A stretch of 61,186 bases of DNA, filler included. It is 9 parts of 9 records of this genome, joined end to end, with 100 filler letters (N's around TTAATTAATTAA, not from the genome) between each part and the next. Parts side by side here need not be neighbours in the genome. Positions count along the whole stretch, not along the records: positions 42,956 to 56,513 come from SRR7504441_2784; positions 56,614 to 61,186 come from SRR7504441_2786; 7 more parts are not named here. One strand, written 5' to 3'. Position 1 is the stretch's first letter. Every line of letters begins with the position of its first letter. Below, in pieces: positions 48,901 through 59,262 of the stretch. The translations under genes and the position numbers were made by a program. The notes under the pieces are model-generated. The model was not told where the DNA came from. It ran no database searches and saw only the letters and a program-made list of their open reading frames with translations.

Positions 48901-51900
48901 GAGATCAAGGCTGCCGAGGCCAAGGCAGAGGAGATCAGGAATCGGAAACCGTGCGTGGCTAAAGCGAGCCTGGCCTTTGCTAAATGTAATGTGCCTCCAC
49001 AACGAGGCCCAGGCATTTTCTGTGGGTGTGACAGTGCTGGCGAGCTCGTTGGGGCCTCTGGAGGGGGGGAGAAACCACAACCACACTGTATTAGATTTGC
49101 TGCAGAGGTGGCTAAACAAGTTGATAAGATGAAGCAAAAGTTGCTGGACGACAGCGTTGTCTTCTACAAAAAGTGGTTCGGGGTTTGCACCTTAGTTCAT
49201 GATCCAAGAGTTATTCCAGAGTCGGTATTTGTCAAGCCCATCAAGGACCCTCAGGCATATCTGAAAGACCTGAGACCCGGATTTGTCTGGACTCAGCTAA
49301 AGCATATGCCATTCACTTATAGTGTTCAGGAGAAGGTTTTATGCAAGTCAGAATTCTATTACGGCGTGGCCGTCTGTAACAAGACTGAACCAGTCGTCGA
49401 CAGAGAGTGGGATGGTGAAATTATGAAGGAATATAACCCATCGCGGGATAAGTGCCAGGTGCAAAAACAAGAACCGTACTGCCCACGACCCGAAGGTGAC
49501 TTGGCAAGGAGTGATGCACCCGAACAGTCGGTCACTCGCTCGAAAGAGCGCATGCTGCTCGTACAGGAGATGTATGGTGGGCAGACATTCCAAATCAACC
49601 AGACGACGGAGACGCGCCTTCTTTGCTTAGGAAAGCATGTCGACTGGAGCAACGTAGCAAATAAGGCCTTGCAAAGCCTACTGGCTACCAATCTTAAATC
49701 CACACTCGACGAAAATGCCGATTCGTTGAGCAAATGTATGGAGGAGGTTGTAATACCAATCACCCCGCCGGATTGGAAGAGGTTGCCAGATATTCTTGCC
49801 AAGAAGAAGCAAGTTATCCAGAAAGCAGAGACGAAGATTCTGATTCCAGCACTGAAGGCCCCCGCAGGGTTTGTATTGGTAGACACAAAGTTTCGGGCCT
49901 TGCAGAAGAATCACTGTATCGTAAAAATCGCTCTTGGCCTTGCTATGTGCAATCGACCTCCGATGCGAGGTGGTGTCATGTGCGGATGTCCAGAGGGGGG
50001 TGGCGTGATCCTCTCAGGTAGTGGGATGATTAAAAACCCGCCTCCAGAATGTATCAAGTGGGGGCTTAAGATGAATCAATTCTCGAGAAACCAGAGGAGG
50101 AAAATGCTGATGGGAAGTCTGCCCCTTTTCAAAAAATGGGCAGTAGCCTGTGTTGTGCCTCAAGCGGGGCTTCTGGGCGAGGGCCGATATCAAAAGCCAA
50201 TCTTCACACCTCTCGAGAATCCGTACAAGTTTTTGGCGAAGCACAAGCCTGGTTTCGAGTGGCTAAAGGTTGAACCACTAGCCTATAGCTTCAGTGACAA
50301 CGGCAAGCTCATCTGCAAGTCCGAGTTCTATTCTGGCGTTGCAGTCTGTACTGCCACAGAACCCGAGATTGATGTGGAGTGGGAGGGGATAGGGGTCCAC
50401 CGGCATCCAGTCTATCAAGGGCAGACTCGAACAAAATGGAGACTCAATCGGGATCTTACCAACGTCTGCAACCTGACAGGTGTGGGCCCATACTGTCCAA
50501 ATCCAGAGATCAAACTTGCCCTCGCCATGAGTCCAACTCACTATGTGAAAAAGTCAACTGTTCGTATGCTGGTCACACGGCAGTTCTATGGCAAGACAAC
50601 TTTCATGCAAAACCAAAGTCTGGAGGTTCAGCAGCTGTGTGTGCAAAAGCATGTCGATTGGAGTGCGCAAGCATTTGCTGCCCTGAATCGAACACTTGAT
50701 GACAACGTGGCACGAATTCTGAACGATAATGCCGTTACACTCAGCAAATGTCTGCAGCCGTCTAACAAAACAGCAAATGAGCTCAAAATAGAAGAAGTCG
50801 AGCGGAATATATTGGTTCCCGCACTTTCACCTCCATCGGGCTTCTCGTTGCATACACATCGAAGCCGAGCACTAGTGAAAAATGGGTGTGTTGCCAAAGT
50901 TGCTCTCGGCATCGCTAAGTGTCATCATGCTCCCCAGCCGGCACCAGGCATTTTCTGTGGATGTGCAGCAGGGGGACTACAGGTGCTCATGAGCTCTGGA
51001 ATAATGGAACATCCACCTCCAGAATGTCTTGAATGGGAAGCAACGGTTAGTCAGTTTGCGGCGGCCAAAAAGGATGAGATGATCAAAGATAGCTTGCCGT
51101 TTTTGAAACGATGGGCTTCGGTCTGCTCCACTGTGGAAGGCAACGCCCAGCACAAGCAAATGCTACTACGCAATAGACAGTACTTCGTCCCTCTCATGGA
51201 GCCAACCAAGTGGTTACAAGCGCACAGGCCCGGATTCGCATGGCTCAAACTCAAGCCCCAGCCTTTTAGCTTCAAGGCAGATGGTCAGCTGCTCTGCAAG
51301 TCTATGTTCTATACCGGGGTTGCTGTGTGCAACACGACTCGCCCAGATCCTAAAATTGGGCTTCCATTGGGCCCTGTATGCGCATTGAACGGAGTGGCTT
51401 CGCACTGCCCAACAGAGAATGTACGGCTCGCATTGAGCTCAAGACCTTCTCTACCGGTGTCCCAATCGCCTGCCGCTGTTCTGATAGCGCAAGAAATGTT
51501 TGGTAAGACCACCTACATGCGGAATGAGTCGCTAGAGATGCGACGGCTGTGTTTTGCAAAGCATGTCGACTGGAGTGCACAAGCGTACGATGCTTTGAAG
51601 TCCGAGCTTATGCGGAACATGAAAGAGATTCTCAAAGACAATGCTATCGAATTGAGCAAATGTCTCAAAATCAAAGTGCCAATGAATAGAGAGGAGACTG
51701 ATCAATTGATTGCAAAGGAGAAGACATTAAAGGGCGCTAATGAACAACATCAGAAGGCGATACAAAAAGAGAAATATGCGAAGGGCAGGACGGGCGAGCT
51801 TGGCCGTAAGCATGAAATGCGTATCAAGAAGGAGAGCATCGCGAAGGACGTCATTAAAAGAGAGAAGCAGGAGAAGGCCGAGGAGAAGCGAGTCAAGATA

Positions 51901-52758
51901 AAGTATCGCCCCTGTGGTGATGCACATACAGGGTCACTAAGATTGCTAGTCTCTTATGAATGACCGGGCCTGGTGCAGGTGGCGTCCTTTGTGCCCAGGA
52001 GGATGTGGCGGTGTTGATCGTACATTGATGGGCCACCTTGGCCAGGATACCTGGGAGTCCATGTGCATGCCCGCGGGCCACTGGACGCCGCACATGCGAG
52101 GCTTCTTGCACCACTTGCTTATGGCACATGGATATCGCTCGGATAAGCTCGGCCTTGCAGGTGATGCCGGCCAAGTAACAGCTGAGCTTAACCTGTGGCA
52201 GGCGCCTTGGACAAATTCCAAAAGAATTTGCACGTCCAAAAGGATCCTCAAGGCTGTATTTGCACGGACACCTGGACGCGATTGTTTGATATGGCACCTC
52301 TAAATGAGCAAAGTGCGTGTGATCATTTCCTGCACCAGACTACAGCACTTCAGCATCTCGTGCATCGTTGGGATGAAGCAGCTAAGATCACCGGGCGGTA
52401 CTGCAAGTACACAAAGAACACCGTCATGAGGTTCCAACGTAGGAATCCGCTGTCAGCTGATGGACGCACAAAGTTTTGGGACTGGAAGCACCTAGTGTCC
52501 CACTATGGCGATGTGAGAGTTCCTGACACCGGAGGGACTAATCTGTACAAGCCTGGATTGTGGGGCACACAGGCGGCGAAGCGCCGCCGCGCAAAGCCAA
52601 AGTATACTTATCTCACCCAAAAATGCCAACAAGAGGCTCTTTGTCCACCCGACCACGTGCCAGAAGGGCCATCTGTGCTCGACTTTACTGAGGCCGAGAT
52701 CCAGCCAGCCACCACGACTTTGCTGTGGCAGGATATCGCCCTAGGGAACAGTGGATAG
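42956..52758 (+). CDS. Giant (>3,100 aa, 5'-partial) protein: helical region, K/E coiled coils, P/T/S mucin-like stalk, three Cys-rich repeats; introns 47651-47723, 48093-48138, near 51933-51978 and near 52161-52201
   Basis: ORFs of 1581, 147, 1420, 115 and 187 aa join in frame through GT-AG introns. Confidence 0.8.
46160..47395 (+). repeat. Coding tetrapeptide repeat array (P-[ST]-x-[AT]), about 100 units
   Basis: PSKAPTEVPTATPTESPSTAPTK..., with a 12-nt period and diverged synonymous sites. Confidence 0.9.
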
Positions 52759-53037
52759 TCCGAGTCCGCGGACTATTGTATTCTATAGAGACCGATGGCT
52801 ACATACCGGCCGTACTGCCGTAGGCATCGCTTTAGACATCGCTTAAGGTTGTCTTGTTAATCCAGGCTGCAGCTTTGCAGCTTTGGTACCACACTAAAGG
52901 TTGTCGGTCTCTTGCGCAGTACAATGTCATGTACGATCATGATTAACAGCATAATTATACTCGTATCACCGATAGGCATCTTGCGTACATCTTGTTACTA
53001 CGCACGCTCGTTTATGCACTCTACACAATCATGATTG

Positions 53038-54216
53038 TCATGAGCCGCACCACGCTATGAATAGATAAACATAAAACGCCACTAATGGGCCGGCCACCGC
53101 CACAATCCATCGCCGCGACGTCGACGGCAGCGGACTATTTCGAAACGCGAATCCTTCCACCCAAAGCTTGATTAGCTCGTGCGCTATCGCAATCTCCCCA
53201 GGCACCACCGGCTCGTCTGCAGTGCCGTCGGGGACCCCGGCCACGGCACGCTCGAGCATCCGGGCAGCCTGATCTCTCGAGAACCAGACCACTTCCTCCA
53301 TCTCGCTATCCTGCGGTCGCACGGCCGGCAGCTCCCCCGGCCGGCCCTGGGCCAGAGCCATGCACCCTATCATCAGCTCGCAACCGCCCGCCCGACCTAT
53401 CGGCCACGGCTGAGTGCACACGAGCTCGACTTCCCCAACCTGCCCTCACTCTGCCCGGCCTGGCCGGGGCCGTACAGCCACGCCGGCTTCCTCCCAGGCC
53501 TCCCGGCGCACCGCCTCCTCCGCGGACTCGGCCTGTTCGATGAATCCAGCCAGACAAGAGAAGAAGCCCCACCTGGCCCTGCTCCAGCCCGCCCCGCGCA
53601 CACGCCACCGGCCGGACCGCTTGAAACGCGCTGAACGGCCGAGCAGAATGTGATTGCCACTGGGCGAGATCACGGCGAAGATCGACACCGGATCCACCCG
53701 TGGGTACACGCGGCCGCCCCCGGCCGACTGTCTCTTGGCCCCAGCTTCCACCAGCGCCGTCGGTTGGCCGTTCGCCGGGCTGAACCCGTTCGCCCGGTGC
53801 CAGCAGGCCAGCGCGAGCGCCTGCCCGGCCACCGCCACCGCCGGGCGGGGCAGCTTGCCCAGCAGGCTGCGGCCGGAGCTCCAGCCCCAGCGGTCGGCCC
53901 GGACCAACTCCGGGTCGACTGCAGCGGCCCAGACCGAGGCCCCGCCGGGCAGCCGACCGAGCAGCAGCCGCTCGGCCTGGGGAGCCACTGCCTCGAGCTG
54001 CTGGCCGGACAGCCAGACCAGCCGGAGGTCGCCGAGGTCGCTGGTCAGGCTGCCGTCGGGCGCCGGGGCCTCCTGGGCGGTGCGGGGGCCACTGGCCGTG
54101 AGCAGTCCGGCGGAGCTGACGGCCAGGAACACGGGCCGGCTGCTCTCCAGCCAGCTCAGCTCCTTCCGGTCCACCGAGCGGTCAAGCGGGCTGCCTGCCC
54201 ACCACTGTTCCCGCAT
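53038..54216 (-). CDS. NudC/NUDT12-like NAD(H) pyrophosphatase / deNADding Nudix enzyme; two introns
   Basis: YPRVDP, SCLAGFIEQAESAEEAVRREAWEEAGV (Nudix box), TQPWP, LMIGC and IAIAHELI. Confidence 0.9.
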
Positions 54217-54307
54217 GCCTGTTCCCGCCGCGGATGTGCTGCAGCAGCTAGCCTGCAGCTGCAGTCGTCCGGCCGCGCGGTCGGTTATTATCCGGACAAT
54301 CCGAGGC

Positions 54308-56061
54308 ATGGAGCCGAATCCGCGCGAAGTGCTCGGGGTGGGGCCGGCCGCCTCGAGCCAGCAGATCCGGGAGGCGTACAAGGCGCTGGCGCTCCAGTGG
54401 CGTGCGCCCGACCGGCCGGGCGGGCTGACCGGCCGGCAGACCCGGACCGCAACCTGGATGACCCGAGCGCGGCGGTGCAGTTCGAGCGTGTCAAGGCGGC
54501 GTACTGCAGGTTGGCGGGCGAGGCCGAGCACGGGGCGATCCAGCTGCGCGGGCACGACTGGATCGGGCGGGTGGGCGGCCGGCGGGGCCTGGTGTAGCTC
54601 GGGCAGGACGTGTACCGCCGGGAGGGCGAGCGGTGGGAGCTGGCCCGGGTGGTGGGCTGGGAGCCGGAGAGCGGGGAGCACCTGCTGCTGTACGACGAGG
54701 GGGGCGAGCAGGAGGCCGAGGAGGACCTGGACCTGGATTCGGCCGGCCCGGGCTGGGTGCAGCTGCCGGAGCAACGGAAGCGGCAGCTGTTCCTCGAGTT
54801 GGGGGGCCCCCAGTTCGAGCAGCCGCACCCGCCCGAGCCGGAGCTGCAGGCCCGCAGGCACGCGGCGGTGGCCAAGGTGCGGCTGTGGCCGGGCCGGGGG
54901 AGCGGGGGCAGGCGCTGGAGTACATGCGCGAGCAGCTGGAGGACGACCGGGCGCTGTGGGAGATGGGCGAGCAGGCGGTGATGATGTTCTACGTAAACCG
55001 AATCGCCGGGCCGACTGAGCGGTGGCAGGACGTGTCGCAGGTGTGCTCGGACCCTCTGCTGGCAGGGCGGGCGGCCGAGATCGCGCTGGAGCTGCTCAAG
55101 CGATACGAGGCGCACGCACTGAGCTGGGAGCTGCCGCTAGAGAGGACTCAGATGGTCCAATTGCTGGCCATGCTCCGGTACCAGGGGATCGGCTGGGACT
55201 GCACCCGGATAGCTCAGATGGCCGACCAGGCGTTTGAGCAGTTCGGTAGCGTCGAGGCGTTGGTCGGCGCCAAGCCTGGCCGGCTGGCAGTCAGGACCGC
55301 CGATGAGTGGTGCGCCGTAGGCGGGCCGAGCGAGCCGGGGCAGGTATTTCATAATGATCGACCTGTTCCTGCTCCAGATGGCCCAGCTGATCTTCCCCGA
55401 CCGGTTCGAAGCCGAGTGGGGACTCGAGCTGGCGCTGGGCAGTCTCTGGCAGCACCTGCGGGAGCACCCGTTGGCCCGGCCGCCGAGCAGCGGGTGGTCG
55501 GTCCAGTTCCAGAACTCTTACTACCTGGCCACCCACCTGGCGTGCGTGCTAACCGGCTGGGGCACCGTGATCGACCAGGCTAATGAGATGGACGCGCCGT
55601 GGCTCTACCGGTACATCGGGGACAGCCTGGGCTGGTGGCTCGAGCAGGCCGACCGGGGCGAGCACACCGACCTGGACGCGGTGGCCGAGGGGGTGGACGC
55701 TCTCAAGGCGCGATCCGGCCGGCTGGCTGGTGAGTCTGGGCAGGGGCTGGGGCTGGATGAGGCGAGCTGCGAGCTGATCCGGCGCGGCTCGCTCTGGCTG
55801 GTCGAGCAGCAGCTCGAGGACGGGTCCTGGCCGGCCCGGTGGCACCCGGAGGACGCCAAGTGCTTCTACGGGGCCATATACGACGCGCTGCACCCGGCAT
55901 GGGTGGCGGCGTACGCCCTGTGCGACCGGCGGCCCGACCCAGTCGGCGCGTTCGGGTGGGCACAGTACATACGGCCGATCCTGGGCAAGGCCTACTTTCA
56001 CATAGATCCAGCAAGCACGTTTGTGAATCCAAACACCAACCGGATGCTGAGCTTTCGATGA
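54308..56061 (+). CDS. DnaJ domain + Tudor-like domain + alpha/alpha-barrel (QW-motif) protein; about 5 introns
   Basis: A 38-nt intron restores W-HPD-RN. Then WIGR|DVY...VVGWEPESGEHLLLYDEG (Tudor-like), YLATH and WLVEQQLEDGSW. Confidence 0.78.
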
Positions 56062-56155
56062 CTGACCATGTGCCATAAATTACGCACCATACGTACTACT
56101 ACGTAGAAGGACAATTAAAGTTTACTTGCGCGACTAGTACATATGAGATTACTCA

Positions 56156-56513
56156 CTACCGGTAGCTATCAATCGGAGACGGCAGGCTCACCGTTCTAGC
56201 TCCAAGTACTGGCTGATCGCCTGTCGGCCGCCCTGCTCGTCCAGCCACTTGGCGGTGCTCTGGGCGGTGGTTATGTCCTCCGTCCACAGCTGGTGCCACC
56301 AATGCTCGATCCGCCGCGCTGCTCCGCGCATGCGGATCCCCTCCGCCGCCTGTAGCCTCCCGGGCTCCCCGGCTCGCCAAGCGGTCTCCCGCCGGGCTGC
56401 GCGCAGGCTTTCGATCTGGGCCCTGCTCCTTGCCTGGTCGGCGCGCAGCTTTGCCGCTGCCATGGCGTCCAGCTCGGCCTGGAACAGCCCGGCAGCCGGC
56501 CGTTGGGTCGCCC
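56156..56513 (-). CDS. 3' fragment of an unknown gene
   Basis: An open frame emerges from the gap, with a probable terminal intron. Confidence 0.35.
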
Positions 56514-56613
56514 NNNNNNNNNNNNNNNNNNNNNNNNNNNNNNNNNNNNNNNNNNNNTTAATTAATTAANNNNNNNNNNNNNNNNNNNNNNNNNNNNNNN
56601 NNNNNNNNNNNNN
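56514..56613. other. Artificial contig linker
   Basis: N-TTAATTAATTAA-N spacer. Confidence 0.98.
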
Positions 56614-59050
56614 CAATAATGAGCTGCCGTTTCGCATCAGCTGACAGAGTGCTGGTCGAGGTGAGATCCGGAATATTGCTGCCTTCCTGGCCCCACACCA
56701 AAGCATGGCCTCGTATTTTCATCTGACAGCGCTCCGCAAAGTCAACAGCGGTGTCGCACCGCTTGTATTTGGGATTGTCCTCTTGTGTGTAACGCCACTT
56801 GCACCCGTTTTCCGCAGTGATCCAATCAAAGTTTTCACAGACAAAAGATTGGTAGGTTGCGTCCGGGTAGTCACGTCTCACGTTCACCGCTGCTCCCAGA
56901 CCAAGGGATTTGAACTCATTCGTGAGCTGAGCAGTTACTGTCCTCAATGGTATAAAGGACAGACCCGATGTCGGCTGTTGCGTTGGCTGAGCTGCGGCAC
57001 AGTCGCACAGTGAGGCGTCGTTGCAGGGCCAGAACGTCTGTCCTTTAGCACACAGTGCACACTTTTCGTCTGTCACACTCGCATAGGCTGAGGCCGAGCG
57101 CACACAAGTACCACACTCTGTGGTGCAGATGCCACCAGTACCAGCGGGCGATGGAGCCGCCGCTGTTGTGGGCTTCTTTGTCGGATCAGCCACAGGAGCA
57201 GCTGTAGAAGTAGGATCCTCTGTAGGAGCAATCGATGGAGCAATTGAAGGAGCAGTTTCCGGTGATGGTGGAGCCGGTGAATTGTGCAACCCTGTCAGCC
57301 AGGTCTTTATTGTTGCAAAGTCCAGCATGTTCCATGTCGTGGTGTGCCCTGACACACAATCAACCCCTGACATGAAGAAGCTCGCACCTCCTTCGGCGTA
57401 GTATTGAGATTCATGCGGGATACCTTTGTCGCCCAGCCCTTGTAAAAACGCTGCTGTCGCTGTTGGGTTGACCATGGTATCTGCTCCTCCGTACACGATG
57501 TATGTCGGAGGGACGCTCTCTGTCAGGTGCATCATCGGTTGGAAATCAGGCCGTTCCTTGAACGTATCCGCCAGACGCATCCCACCTTTGAACGGACTCG
57601 TGGTGCCTTCTAGCATAAAGCCTGCTCCACCAGTTAGTCGTCCATTGCAGGAGGGCGCTTGCCTGGCACGACCTCTACGAGCGCATCCGGCTTGTTGGCT
57701 TGACTCGTGTAGTTGGTCCCCACAAGTGCAGTCAGATGAGCACCCGCCGAGCCTCCAATCACAGCAACAAACTGGTAGCTCTGTTTGAGCTGCGCGATTG
57801 CACCAAGCGCGTCTTCGAGCGGGGCCCGTCCGCCCTTGGGACTCTGCTGGCACGGGAGCCGATAGCGCAACAAAAGTATGTCGTACGCGTCACCAAACGC
57901 TTGCTTGATCTTGTCAATCCATACCGCGCCAGAGTGAGTATTGTAGCCGCCACCTGAAGCAAAACGATTGGACTCAGGGTCAGGGTAGCCCCGCACCTGG
58001 CAGAAATAGGAGGCTACTGCTCGTCTCGGCAGTCGACTTATACCACTCCATCTCTGCTGTGTCAGCATAGCCGCATTGCGGGCCTGTCGACAGCTCAGTC
58101 GGAGCCAGCGACGGCGCGTCTGTCGACGGAGGCGGGGGCGAAGAGCTCGACTGGCACAAGCAGAGGTTTAGGAATGTGTTGGAGCCTTGGTCCCTGGGCT
58201 CAACCGCGCTGCACGACTTGTAGACCCCGCTATCGTCGATATAGATCTTCCAGCCTTGGGTGCCGTACTTCTTAGCGTGCGGTGCCATGGCCTTCCAGCC
58301 GGAGATGCTCACCACGTTGCCATCAACCCCTTCAGCGTGCCAGGCTATGCCGGCCGCGTTCTGGATGATGTCCTTCACCGGTGGCCCGGCTTCTGAAGGG
58401 TAAGTCCCATCTTGAGGCTCGGCACATGCGAGTCCTTGGTCGCCACATACTGCGGTGCACGTCTGTTGGTTGTAAGACGCAATGTACCAGTCGACAGTGG
58501 TCTGGGCAGGCGGCCCAGCGGGCGCGTCTGTGGGAGCGTCGGATGGCGGCTCGGTCGGGGCAGCGCTGGGCGGCTCGGAGGGCGCATCAGTGGGCGAGCC
58601 AGTGGGGGCACCCGAAGGCGGCTCGGAAGGCGCGTCCGACGGCGCAGCGGAGGGCAGCTTGGTGGGCGCCCCAGTCGACTGCTCGGTGGGCGCCGCCGAG
58701 GGCTGCTTGGTCGGAGACCGCGAGGGCGACCGGGTGTTGGGTGCGGCTGTCGGGACTGGCAACGCCGGGCCGGGCGAGCCACACACGCAGAGCGAGGGGT
58801 TGTTGCATGGCCAGTAGGTCTGTCCGTCGGCGCACGCTTGACACTTCTGGTCGGTGACCGACTTGAAGGCGGTGGCTGACCGGGAGCAGCTCGCACAGGC
58901 CGCTGTGCACGGGCCGCCGGCCTGCTCGATCAAGCTGGCCGCGTCCTCCGGCACCACATCGTTGAAGTGGTTGTATGCGCCGTCTATCGACTGACAGAGC
59001 AGCGCGCAGCAGCACCCGAGCAGCCAGAGCCGCGGCCGTCGACTCATCAT
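56614..59050 (-). CDS. Secreted modular enzyme: Cys-rich module, PT linker, Cys domain, alpha/beta-hydrolase esterase, second Cys-rich module, GH10 xylanase (3'-partial); introns near 57954-57996, 57622-57662 (GC-AG) and 57349-57387
   Basis: Signal peptide. Esterase motifs LP|GGGY, GGSAGAHL, GGAD and EG|GH appear after splicing. GH10 motifs are NFDWITAENGCKW and IRGHALVW. Confidence 0.87.
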
Positions 59051-59262
59051 GTCTCGCTGTCTATCTCCGCAGTTTGGCAGTTGGTTCGTATTCGTAAACT
59101 TTTGCACGCTGATTTCAGCAGTGAGCACGCGAAGGCTCCGGCAGGCTCTGGGCTCATCATAGTCGCGCTGCCCACCCACAGGGGCACCGTGCCACTCAGG
59201 CTGTTGGTATTCAGGACGACCGCAGTGAGCTGCGTGAGGCTGATCCCCCTGGTCACGCTGCG

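Noticed and set aside
57349-57387. Esterase lacking its catalytic His (pseudoenzyme)
   Set aside because: An in-frame 39-nt intron explains it, and splicing restores EGGH.
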